Assembly: GCA_963832755.1 (NCBI GenBank)
Contig: CAWHVM010000003.1
Coordinates: forward strand, 521,420 to 585,419
Direction of reading: 5' to 3'
Length of the DNA stretch: 64,000 bases
Origin: an uncultured Acidobacteriaceae bacterium
Lineage (GTDB): Bacteria; Acidobacteriota; Terriglobia; Terriglobales; Acidobacteriaceae
Positions 37,277 through 46,279 of the stretch are shown here, piece after piece. The stretch's first letter is position 1. Each line of letters opens with the position of its first letter. The position numbers and the translations under genes were made by a program. Below the pieces are notes generated by a model. The model was not told the DNA's origin. It ran no database searches and was given only the letters and a program-made list of their open reading frames with translations.

Positions 37277-40200
37277 TCAAAACGTGAATCTCACAGAGAA
37301 CTGAAGCTGTCGCGGAGTGAACGCCGTGCGCGGCAGTCCGAAATTTGTATTGGGCGTCGTTGGGATGAACAGAGTCGTTCCGATCGGGGTGGGGGCCACT
37401 GACCCCCCGGGAACCGAGGTCCCACCGTTCGGGCAGGTCACAGATGCAGAGCCCTGCTGAATCGCCCTAGTCATGGCGTCGTTGTAATGCTGTGGAACGC
37501 CTCCGCAAAACACAGGTGAGCCGTAAACACTCGTAACCTCATCATAGTTTGCCCGGTTTAGCAGGTTGAAGGCATCAAACGCGAGATTCGCGGTGAAGCG
37601 GTCGTTGATATGCACCGCGCGGGTTACGCGCAGGTCCCAGTTGTAATACGGATCGCCGATATACGTGTTGCGCGGAATCATGGTCTGGCAGTCTTGCACG
37701 TCGGGACATGAGCCGGCAATGAACGACGAGCCGCCGACGCGGTCGGTGGAGCCGCCGGCGACATCGTTCAGAGTGTTGCTGCCGTAAAAAATGGTGAAGG
37801 GCCGGCCGGATTGCAAGGTGACGATATTGCTCAACTCAAAATTCCGCCAGGGCCCATTTTGCGGCGCAATAGCGGTAAAGTTGGCCACCACGCGATGCCG
37901 GGCATCCTGGTTGGAGTTGGCGCGTTCCGCCGCATAATCAAACTGGTTGGGCGGCAGGTTGATGAAGGTAGTAAAGTTGCCATTGTCGATGGTGTGGGAA
38001 TAAGTGTAGTTGGCCGTCAGGTTGAAAAACTTTCCACGCTCCAGCACGGTCAGCGTTCCGCCGTGGTAAATGGCATTGGCAACGTCGTTGTTGTAGTCTT
38101 CCAGCCCTGAGCTGATGGTTCGCAGGCCGGAGCCGAGAGCCCCGCCGAAGAAGGGCCCTAGACCGGCAAGGGCACCCGTGCCCAGGGTCGGCGTTCCGGT
38201 GCAAGGCGAGAGTGTGCCATCGGCATTGAGCCATCCCGGCACCCATTCCGGCAGCGGGTCGGTGACTGCCGACTTGGTGGTGCCCGCTGGGCAGGGGACG
38301 TTGAGGTTGTTCCCGCGAACCAACTTGTGGGCCTCCACGAACAGATAGCTCAGCTGGAGTGCAAAACCCCGGCCGAGCTGGTGATCAATCTCGAAGCTGC
38401 CCTGCTCGGCATAAGGCGCCCGCGCGTTGTGGTCCATGCCGCCCTCGCCAATGCCGCAGGCTCCAGTGGTAAAGCAGGTGCCGGCCATCTCTACAGAGGG
38501 GAAGGCCGTGTTATAGGCTCCCGTTTGTATGATGTTGGCCGCAAGACAAGGCGCCTCCGGAACACCAGCACAGGGTGAGCCGGGAGGGCCCGGCGATGGC
38601 GGGTCTGCCAGAAGCTGGTACCCCTGCCCAGCCTGCGCTAGATTGGACGCGATATTGGGAAACTTCTGGGGCTGAATTCCGGCGCCGCTGCAAATGGCTG
38701 ATACACCCGATGTCGCCTGATTGCCGCATTGATACCCTGCCACGATCTTCTGCGTATTGGGCACGAAGAAGAAAGTCAGATTTTGCCGGTCGAAGAAAAT
38801 CCCGAATCCCGCGCGAAGCACGGTGCTGCTGTTGGGAGCATAAGCTAGCCCAATACGCGGCTGAAATTCGTTGTAGTCATTGTTCACGAATGCTGCCAGG
38901 CCGGTTTCATAATCCCATCGCAGGCCATAGTTCACGGTTAATTTGGGATTTAGCTTCCATTGATCCTGGGCAAACACGCCCCAGTATCCATGGTTGATAT
39001 TCCGGGTGAAGCCGCCAAGGAGCGAGGGAGGGTAGGCATTGGCCCATGTTGAATTGGGGAACCCACCGCCGTTTAGCGGATTGGCTGTGGTAACTGTCGG
39101 AATGCAGGGTGTAGGGCCGGAGGCATCGCCGCTACAGGCGGTGGGACTGGTTGGCAGTGGAGTGCCTGCGTACATGAAGACCACGCCATTGTCTTGAGGG
39201 ACGGCGCAGGTATCAGCGGAAGTGCCCAAACCGGTTCCCGCAGTCGGATAGGCGCCACCGAAGTTCGAATTGAAATACTGGGCGAAATCAGTGAAACAAG
39301 AAATGCCAGGTATTAACAGCCGAGTCGGCATGAAGCCGGGGTAACCTTCCACGCTGCTCAGCCAGTTGCCGTCAACCCCAAATTTCGCAAGGTGATTGCC
39401 CTTGACCCAGGATAGCGACTCGGAGAGCTGGGCTCGGGTCTCGTAGAGCCGGTCGTTGGTTCCGAAATTATGCCCCAGTTCGAGATCATTCAGGATGCTG
39501 AAGTCCGGCTGGCCCGTAGCCCCGGGAAAGTTGTAGTGCCGCCGCGCGTATTGCGCGAGCACCGTATTAACCAGATTGGGTTTCAATGACGAGTTCACTG
39601 TGGCGACCACCGCCTGGTCGCGAATGTAAAGGTCGCGGCCGCCGCTGGGCACACCAACTCCTCCGCCATCCAGTGTTTGCCCCACCAGTTGGTTCGTTGA
39701 TCGGCTGTCCTCCACGTCGTAACGAAAGGCCAGACGGTTATTCGTGGTCAGTTGATGGTCGATTCTGGCAAAACCGGAATCGTCGTTGGCGGTTTTTAGA
39801 AAGCCTTGCAGAAATCCGAAGGCCTGGCCCTGAGTGATGTTGGCTGGATTGCCGGCGAAATTTGGCAGACAGGTGCTGACCGCGCCGAGGCAGCCCTCGG
39901 GAGCCAGCCCCATCAGCGCCTTAGCCTGGTCTATGAGCAAAATGTTGTTGACCAGATCGGGCGGATACACCGGCGACTGGGCGCTGCGTTTGCCTTCATA
40001 GTTCACAAAGAAGAAAGTCTTGTCTTTGACCAAGGGACCGCCGAGCGAGGCCCCGAACGAGTTTTGCCGAACAGCGTCGGGCAGCGGGGGAGGCTGCAGC
40101 GGTGAGTGCGCGTCGAAGGCGTTGTTTTGAAAAAACTCGTAGAGCGAACCATGCAAATTGTTGGTGCCTGACTTGGTCACGATATTGACGATTCCGCCCA

Positions 40201-40915
40201 TGGCGCGGCCATACTCCGCGCCAAAGCTGTTGTTCACGACGCGGAACTCTTGGACCGATTCCTGGGGCGGCGTCGCGCGCTGGATGCCGCTGGCGGAGTT
40301 TACGAAGTCGGCGCCATCCACCGTGATCTCATTGCTAAACGAACGCATGCCGCCAAACGAGATCTGCGTCACCTCAAACTCGGTGAAGGTCGTTCCCAGG
40401 CTGGTCCGACTGGTGGCCACACCGGGAGTGAGGAGGGCAAAGTCCGTGAACACACGGTTGCTAATGGGCAAGTCCTCAATCTGTTGGGTTTCTACGACCT
40501 GGCTGATCTCGGTTTTGGTGGGCTCGATGAGGGGGGCTTCCGTGGTTACGGTGACGGTTTCGGAAGCTGCCGCAACCTTCAAAGTGGGGCTGACGGTGAG
40601 AACCTGACCAACGGTCATGACAATGCCAGTCTGCTGATACTTGGCGAAGCCGCTTGCGGTAATTGTCAGCTCGTATTTCCCAGGAGGAAGGTTCGGGACC
40701 ACGAAAAAACCTGTGGTATTTGTGGTCGCCTGAAAAGTCTGGTTGGTGTCGGGGTCGCGCACAACCACCCGCGCGCTAACTACCGCTCGCCCCGCAGGGT
40801 CCAGGACCGTGCCGTTCAGTTGAGCGAAGCTAACAGCTTGGGCCGCTGCCGATGGTGCAGACGCTCCCAGTACAGCGAGAAGGTAAAGAACAACACCCAA
40901 CCAGCGTGTTCTCAT
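37277..40915 (-). CDS. TonB-dependent outer-membrane receptor with carboxypeptidase-regulatory-like N-terminal domain (second copy of this architecture)
   Basis: Start trimmed to MRTRWLGVVLYLLAVLGASAPSAAAQA. Followed by LNGTVLDPAGRAVVSARVVVRD...TGFFVVPNLPPGKYEL and C-terminal ...QLQFSVRFTF. Confidence 0.9.
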   Translation of the reverse strand: MRTRWLGVVLYLLAVLGASAPSAAAQAVSFAQLNGTVLDPAGRAVVSARVVVRDPDTNQTFQATTNTTGFFVVPNLPPGKYELTITASGFAKYQQTGIVMTVGQVLTVSPTLKVAAASETVTVTTEAPLIEPTKTEISQVVETQQIEDLPISNRVFTDFALLTPGVATSRTSLGTTFTEFEVTQISFGGMRSFSNEITVDGADFVNSASGIQRATPPQESVQEFRVVNNSFGAEYGRAMGGIVNIVTKSGTNNLHGSLYEFFQNNAFDAHSPLQPPPLPDAVRQNSFGASLGGPLVKDKTFFFVNYEGKRSAQSPVYPPDLVNNILLIDQAKALMGLAPEGCLGAVSTCLPNFAGNPANITQGQAFGFLQGFLKTANDDSGFARIDHQLTTNNRLAFRYDVEDSRSTNQLVGQTLDGGGVGVPSGGRDLYIRDQAVVATVNSSLKPNLVNTVLAQYARRHYNFPGATGQPDFSILNDLELGHNFGTNDRLYETRAQLSESLSWVKGNHLAKFGVDGNWLSSVEGYPGFMPTRLLIPGISCFTDFAQYFNSNFGGAYPTAGTGLGTSADTCAVPQDNGVVFMYAGTPLPTSPTACSGDASGPTPCIPTVTTANPLNGGGFPNSTWANAYPPSLLGGFTRNINHGYWGVFAQDQWKLNPKLTVNYGLRWDYETGLAAFVNNDYNEFQPRIGLAYAPNSSTVLRAGFGIFFDRQNLTFFFVPNTQKIVAGYQCGNQATSGVSAICSGAGIQPQKFPNIASNLAQAGQGYQLLADPPSPGPPGSPCAGVPEAPCLAANIIQTGAYNTAFPSVEMAGTCFTTGACGIGEGGMDHNARAPYAEQGSFEIDHQLGRGFALQLSYLFVEAHKLVRGNNLNVPCPAGTTKSAVTDPLPEWVPGWLNADGTLSPCTGTPTLGTGALAGLGPFFGGALGSGLRTISSGLEDYNNDVANAIYHGGTLTVLERGKFFNLTANYTYSHTIDNGNFTTFINLPPNQFDYAAERANSNQDARHRVVANFTAIAPQNGPWRNFELSNIVTLQSGRPFTIFYGSNTLNDVAGGSTDRVGGSSFIAGSCPDVQDCQTMIPRNTYIGDPYYNWDLRVTRAVHINDRFTANLAFDAFNLLNRANYDEVTSVYGSPVFCGGVPQHYNDAMTRAIQQGSASVTCPNGGTSVPGGSVAPTPIGTTLFIPTTPNTNFGLPRTAFTPRQLQFSVRFTF

Positions 40916-41169
40916 AAGATCCCCTTCCTGAGCGAATCTTCCCAGTAATCGACCAATGACGCGGCCTAACCAGCCGGTCGAAGGCACAGCTAAGAATCCA
41001 GTAGATGACATCCCGAGCAGAAAATCGCACCCACCTGCGATTCCCCACAAAAAGTCCGCCAATCTTTACTATGTTCCGATGCATACTGTCAACACAAAAA
41101 TGTATACAGGAATCGATCCAGGCATAAATCGTTGTTGGTTTTGGTTGAACTTAGGTGAATGGCTCGAAT

Positions 41170-42051
41170 TTACTGTATGCAATCAGCGATCAACGGACAC
41201 CGGGCCACGGCCAACAGATCCCCAAGGCTGCGCAGGACGCGATGTGGCCTTCTGCCCTTAGGCTGCCTCGCCCAATCGGATGCTTGGCAGATGCCGGTGG
41301 TCACCCCGAAGCCCACGGCGCTGCCTCGCCGGGCCATAATCATTTCGACCAGGGGATCGTCCCCGACAACCCCCACCCTACTCATGGGGACGCCCAGCTT
41401 TTTCGCCGCTAACCTCAGTGCGTGGAGCGAAGGTTTCCCGGTAAGAACCATGGGCGCGCGGGTGATCCTGCGCACCGCTGCTGAGATCGCATACGAGTAC
41501 CCCATGGTCTTGCCCCCGGCAGTGGCGAAAAATGGCACATCAGAAGCCACATAGAGCTGCGCGCCATTCCAGATGGCCTTCGCGGCGGCTTCTATATCTT
41601 TCATCCTGCAGTCGGGATGCCACCCGATATAGACGGCATCGACCCGGTCAGTGCCTTCGTCGTGAGTGAAGACCGTCTGCATTCCCACCCCTGCCAGAGC
41701 GTGCCCGACGCCGGGGGTTCCTAACACTAGAACTCGTTTAACGCCTCGGCGCGGCATGATATCGGCGGCCACGCTGGAAGGGTTAAGCAGAGCATCATCG
41801 GAGATCGGCAGGCCGACCGCGCGCAGTTTCGGTGCCTGTTCAGAGGAGGGATAGTTCGTTCCATTGGTGAAGACAACATAACGAATGCCGCGCGTATTCA
41901 ATTCGCTAAGTAACTCAATGGCGCCCGGCAGCACCTGATAGCCGCTCAGGGAACGGTCGGTTAGCACCAAGGTTCCATCGAGATCGAACAGGAAGGCCTT
42001 GACCGGTCTGAGCCGCGCATCACTCTTGCTAAGGCTGGGCCGGTGTTTCAT
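41170..42051 (-). CDS. HAD-superfamily (IIA/NagD-like) phosphatase
   Basis: FLFDLDGTLVL (DxD nucleophile motif), VVFTNGTN and VVGDDPL. Its ATG overlaps the carboxyltransferase stop (ATGA). Confidence 0.83.
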   Translation of the reverse strand: MKHRPSLSKSDARLRPVKAFLFDLDGTLVLTDRSLSGYQVLPGAIELLSELNTRGIRYVVFTNGTNYPSSEQAPKLRAVGLPISDDALLNPSSVAADIMPRRGVKRVLVLGTPGVGHALAGVGMQTVFTHDEGTDRVDAVYIGWHPDCRMKDIEAAAKAIWNGAQLYVASDVPFFATAGGKTMGYSYAISAAVRRITRAPMVLTGKPSLHALRLAAKKLGVPMSRVGVVGDDPLVEMIMARRGSAVGFGVTTGICQASDWARQPKGRRPHRVLRSLGDLLAVARCPLIADCIQ

Positions 42052-43541
42052 GCCGTCGCCTTGCCGCGCACTGGCGAGCCTTTTAGCAGCAGTCGAAAGC
42101 CAGACTTCTCAACCGACAGGCGTGCGATGTCTCGCCGCGACGCAAGCCCGCGAAGCAACTTCAGCACCGGGGCGATTTCCGGGTTGTAGGTTTGCGGCGC
42201 GGGCCCAGCGGCTTTCATGGCGTCGACTTGCCCGGCGGGCATGGTCGCACGCAGCAGGAACTCCTCGTCGCTCAATTCCAGCCCGATTCGCCTTCGCAAC
42301 TCGGCCAGAGGCGGCATGTCCGGCTCCTGCCGAAGCTCGCGGGTTCGGGGCAAGGAGTCGATACGGTCCAGCACTTCCGGCGCAATCGGCAGATTGGGTT
42401 TTCCGAATCGGCCCAAGGCGTAGCGAATCACTTCGTCCGGCACAATGGCGTAGCGTTCTTTGTCCTTGCGGGTGATGTTCATCACCGCCTGGGTCAGCAG
42501 CATCTGCGAGAAGGGGGTCATTACAATCGGCCAGCCTAATTCCTGGCGCACCCGGCCTATTTCTTCGATGACTGCGCTCTCTAGGTGCGCGAGACCGCTT
42601 TCCGCTAAGTGCCGCCGCATGGTGCCCGTCATGCCTCCGGGCAACTGGTGATGAAAGTATGCTGCGTCGAAAGGCTGCGGGCAGCCAGCAGGAAGTCCTT
42701 CCGCTTCTGCCAGGCGGGTGAAATAGCGGCCAACTTCAGCCAGAGCCTGATCGTCGATATCGATCTGGTGGCCGAGTTCGCGCAGATTAGCGACAACGCG
42801 TCCGGCGGGCGGATTGGATATTCCGTCGCTCGCGGCGCCCGAAGCGCACTGCACCGTGCCAACGCCCCACTCCGGAGCGTCCATGTAGACCAACTCGCCG
42901 AGACCAATCGTGCAATGGGAGTGGAGTTCCAAAGGCTTGTCGCCCATCACCGCCTTGACCGCCGGAATCATCGTGCGTGCGCGCGGCGGCGTCAGAAGGC
43001 CGCCGGGGTCCTTGATATAAAGGGCATCGACATCCGGACTCGCGGCAAGTTTGCGGGCACGCTCTACGTAGCGCGCGTCATCGTCAATAGGGCTTACCGT
43101 GAACACTAAAGCGGCGATGACATACTCGCCGCCAACCTGCTTGATCGTGTGCGCGCAGGCGACATTGGAATCGGCGTTGTTCATGGGATCAGCCAGCGCA
43201 AAGCGGCGGATCCCGTTTTTCACCAGCGTCGCGAACGCCAGCCTCATGAATTCAGGGCTGGCCGTTTCCCAGGAAATAAAGCGGAACCCTGTCGAGAGAA
43301 ATTGAAGTGGCGTATTCGGCGTAGCCTTCGCCATCAGCCGAATTCTCTCCCACGGGTCTTCCCTCTTGTAGCGGACCGCAACGCCCATGTGCGTGGAGGT
43401 CGTAAAGTCAATCGCCTTGAACCCCACACGGTCCATGACGGGCGCAATGGTCAGGGTTTTTGCCGTGTCGATGCCCAGCGCCGCCCAAAGACTCTGGTTG
43501 CCGTCGCGGAGTGAGGTCTCAACGATCTGAATCGTAGCCAC
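42048..43541 (-). CDS. biotin-dependent carboxyltransferase subunit, pyruvate-carboxylase-B / oxaloacetate-decarboxylase-alpha / transcarboxylase-5S type, without a biotinyl domain
   Basis: GTG start. IVETSLRDGNQSLWA...EDPWERIRLMAKATPNTPLQFL...YIKDPGGLLTP...LELHSHCTIGLG. 497 aa. Confidence 0.87.
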   Translation of the reverse strand: MATIQIVETSLRDGNQSLWAALGIDTAKTLTIAPVMDRVGFKAIDFTTSTHMGVAVRYKREDPWERIRLMAKATPNTPLQFLSTGFRFISWETASPEFMRLAFATLVKNGIRRFALADPMNNADSNVACAHTIKQVGGEYVIAALVFTVSPIDDDARYVERARKLAASPDVDALYIKDPGGLLTPPRARTMIPAVKAVMGDKPLELHSHCTIGLGELVYMDAPEWGVGTVQCASGAASDGISNPPAGRVVANLRELGHQIDIDDQALAEVGRYFTRLAEAEGLPAGCPQPFDAAYFHHQLPGGMTGTMRRHLAESGLAHLESAVIEEIGRVRQELGWPIVMTPFSQMLLTQAVMNITRKDKERYAIVPDEVIRYALGRFGKPNLPIAPEVLDRIDSLPRTRELRQEPDMPPLAELRRRIGLELSDEEFLLRATMPAGQVDAMKAAGPAPQTYNPEIAPVLKLLRGLASRRDIARLSVEKSGFRLLLKGSPVRGKATA

Positions 43542-43544
43542 AGT

Positions 43545-43994
43545 TCAAGCCTCCGGGCGCACGCGCATCAGAACTTCGCCATACTCGACCGCGCCCCCGT
43601 TTTTCACCAGTATTTCGGCCACCTCGCCCTTCACGCCTGCATGGACGGTGTGCATCAGTTTCATGACTTCGATGATGCCGACCACTGTTTGCTCAACGAC
43701 CTTCGATCGCAACTCTACGAACGGAGGCTCACCCGGCTTGGGTGCAATGTAGAAGATTCCGATGAGAGGAGCAGGAATTTCTAACAAGCCCGGTTCGGAT
43801 GGCGGCTTTGGTTTCGTTTGTAGCGGCGAATGGGGTGGAGCCGCCGGCGCCGGCGGAGGATCGGCAACTTGCCGGAATGCCGACCCGCGCTGGAGGTTCA
43901 GCTTGACGCCATCGATCTCCAGCGTCAATTCCTCGAAGCTCGACTCCTCGAGGATGCGCATGATCTCGGCCACATCTTTGGCCGTGAGCGTCAA
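43545..43994 (-). CDS. biotin carboxyl carrier protein (BCCP)
   Basis: C-terminal VVGIIEVMKLMHTVHAGVKGEVAEILVKNG (biotinyl-Lys context). I prefer the TTG start at 43994, with GGAGG 6 nt upstream, overlapping the upstream stop (TTGA). Confidence 0.8.
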   Translation of the reverse strand: MTLTAKDVAEIMRILEESSFEELTLEIDGVKLNLQRGSAFRQVADPPPAPAAPPHSPLQTKPKPPSEPGLLEIPAPLIGIFYIAPKPGEPPFVELRSKVVEQTVVGIIEVMKLMHTVHAGVKGEVAEILVKNGGAVEYGEVLMRVRPEA

Positions 43995-45040
43995 CGCCGG
44001 CCTCCAAAGATGTTCATCACGTGCAGAAGAGGGTTCTCCGCCGGCTTCGCAATCGGAGTTTTGTCTTTCCCGGACCACACCGTTTCCGGGCGGCTTTGCA
44101 ACAGAAAGATTTCGCCCCGGTGATCAATCGCCCACTCGATGTCCCGAGGCCTCCCATAATGGCCTTCGACTCTGCGGCCAATTTCTGCCAGCGCATTCAA
44201 CTCCGCGTCGCTGATCGACGGCGCACGGCGAAGGTCTTCCGGCGTTTCTATGGGCTTGATCCCGCCGTTCTCAGCGGGCACGTGTTGTATGCGCTTATCG
44301 GAAATGTCACGCACCGAAATTTGCCCGGTAATTTTGCCAATCACGAAGCGATCCGGAGTGACTTCGCCGCCTACTACCGCCGAGCCCAGACCCCAGGCCG
44401 ATTCGATAGTGATCACGGAGCGGTCGCCTGTTAGCGGGCTGCGCGTGAACATCACTCCCGCCGAGCGCGCTTCGACCATTTTTTGGATGACGACCGCAAT
44501 CGCCACTCCGTTTTCCGGAGTGCGGTCTTTAAGGCGGTACGAGATCGAGGGAACCGAATAGAGGCTGGCCCAACAAGAGCGCACGTAGTTCAAAACCGGC
44601 TCGACGCCCTTCACCCAAAGATAAGTATCCTGCAGACCGGCGAAACTGGCCTCCTCTGAATCCTCCGATGTAGCCGAAGAGCGCACCGCCAGTGGGCAAT
44701 TGAGATCCGGTGCGCACAACTCCTCATGCGCCGCCACGATGTCTGCGCAAACGTCTTCCGGCAACGGCGCGCTCTTGACGCGGCTGCGAAGTTCTTCGGA
44801 AAGCAGGCGGATTCCTTTCAGGTCGTGCAGCGACAGCACCTCCACACGCGAGCGGATCGGTTTTTCTCTTTCGATCCCGGCCAGGACGCGTTCAAACCCC
44901 TGGGTGGTTACGACGAAACCGGGCGGCACCGCGATATTGGCGCGCGTCAACTCGCCTAATGAGCCGCCCTTGCCTCCGACTGTGGCGCGATCGGCGAGCG
45001 TGATATCGGCAAACCAACTGATGTTCGCGGTGGAACGCAT
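43991..45040 (-). CDS. PEP-synthase/PPDK N-terminal ATP-grasp-type subunit (phenylphosphate-synthase beta, PpsB-like)
   Basis: Start trimmed to MRSTANISWFADITLADRATVGGKGGSLGEL. Contains VAVRSSATSEDSEEASFAGLQDTYL and DIEWAIDHRGEIFLLQSRPET. 349 aa with no mobile His domain. Confidence 0.85.
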   Translation of the reverse strand: MRSTANISWFADITLADRATVGGKGGSLGELTRANIAVPPGFVVTTQGFERVLAGIEREKPIRSRVEVLSLHDLKGIRLLSEELRSRVKSAPLPEDVCADIVAAHEELCAPDLNCPLAVRSSATSEDSEEASFAGLQDTYLWVKGVEPVLNYVRSCWASLYSVPSISYRLKDRTPENGVAIAVVIQKMVEARSAGVMFTRSPLTGDRSVITIESAWGLGSAVVGGEVTPDRFVIGKITGQISVRDISDKRIQHVPAENGGIKPIETPEDLRRAPSISDAELNALAEIGRRVEGHYGRPRDIEWAIDHRGEIFLLQSRPETVWSGKDKTPIAKPAENPLLHVMNIFGGRR

Positions 45041-45062
45041 GGTAGCTGTTCGATCCGGCTGT

Positions 45063-45611
45063 TCAGATATAAAGCTGTTTATTAATCGGAATGCCGTGCT
45101 CCCGGCAATAGCTCTCGTAGTGATTGATGAACCACCAGACATCGACCGTTTCGACGAAATTGCCGTTGTCGTCGTAAAACTCCAGCGGTCCCTGGAGCCA
45201 ACCAAACAGCTTGACGCCGTTGGGGTGGTCGCTCACGAGGGTATGGACCAGCCCCGGCGTCTCGTAGATGAAGCCGCCCGGGCCGGCAACCCAATCGTAT
45301 TCGAGATAGCGGGCGCTGCCCTCGAGGCAGATCATTACGACCGTTCCGCGATGCTTGTGCGTGCCAATCACGCCAGCAGACTTTATCCAGAGAATGTTGC
45401 TAAAGATGTTATGGCGAGTATCGAAAAGAAGATGGCGGATTGCCGCATTGGGGCCGAACGGCACCCACGGACTCTCTTGTTCTGAAGAGCCGACGAAGGT
45501 GCCCGGTATGCCGTGCCGCTTGATCACATCCGCATAGGCTTCAGGTACGTCCACGATTTTGTAAGCCGTAGACGGCGGAGCCGTCATTTTGGTAATGCTC
45601 GATGTCGTCAT
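45063..45611 (-). CDS. cupin, 2,4'-dihydroxyacetophenone-dioxygenase (DAD)-like, paralog 1
   Basis: Start trimmed to MTTSSITKM, with GAGGAGG 8 nt upstream. Contains ESPWVPFGPN...THKHRGTVVMICLEGSARYLEYDW...HTLVSD. About 60% identical by eye to 62509-63003. Confidence 0.78.
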   Translation of the reverse strand: MTTSSITKMTAPPSTAYKIVDVPEAYADVIKRHGIPGTFVGSSEQESPWVPFGPNAAIRHLLFDTRHNIFSNILWIKSAGVIGTHKHRGTVVMICLEGSARYLEYDWVAGPGGFIYETPGLVHTLVSDHPNGVKLFGWLQGPLEFYDDNGNFVETVDVWWFINHYESYCREHGIPINKQLYI

Positions 45612-45733
45612 AGTGTGCGCCTCCTCATGCAGCTTGACCGGGCTATTGACTCTGTGCCGGCTCCAGTTCGGGTTTTTGCAACCAAACGTCAACCAAAAGG
45701 CGCAAGAAACGCAAGAAACGGAGTGATAAACCC

Positions 45734-46234
45734 CTATCCCGCACGGCAGGCAGCCTCCATCGTGGCTTTGGCAGCATTCAATGTTGCCTGGGTCTCGCGT
45801 GCGATTTTACGTTTTGCGATTAAGTTGAGGAGCTTGGCTTTCAGGGTTGTCGTCGAGTAATAGTGGCTAATTTCCACCCTGGTTGACCGATGGCCGAGTG
45901 TTTGGAACGTCGTTTCCACTCTGTAATCGCTGAGAATCTTGCTGATACCGAATGTGTCCTCCGGCAACACAGTGACAATCTTTTGCAGCGGGATAATTTC
46001 GATGTCCTTCTCGATGCACGTGTGCTTCCCGCCCGCAAGATGACACTGATATGACGCGCCCGGCTCGCGGAGGGTCTTGCCAGAAAGAAGATCAACCTTG
46101 ACCACGCGAGGATGGAACTCCGGGATCTTCGTGAGATCCATGCTGAACGACCACACCGCTTCCAAAGGCGCATTGATGATGACTTCCTGCTTGGATCGAA
46201 ACGGTGGCTGCAAATCTTGCCTCCAAATTAGCAC
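45734..46234 (-). CDS. SRPBCC (START/polyketide-cyclase-like) ligand-binding-fold protein
   Basis: 166 aa. The sequence ...SKQEVIINAPLEAVWSFSMDLTKIPEFHP... is typical of the SRPBCC N-terminus. Confidence 0.68.
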   Translation of the reverse strand: MLIWRQDLQPPFRSKQEVIINAPLEAVWSFSMDLTKIPEFHPRVVKVDLLSGKTLREPGASYQCHLAGGKHTCIEKDIEIIPLQKIVTVLPEDTFGISKILSDYRVETTFQTLGHRSTRVEISHYYSTTTLKAKLLNLIAKRKIARETQATLNAAKATMEAACRAG

Positions 46235-46279
46235 GAAAACTCAAGCCCAAAACAACCTTGGCTATTCATCGGACAAGTT

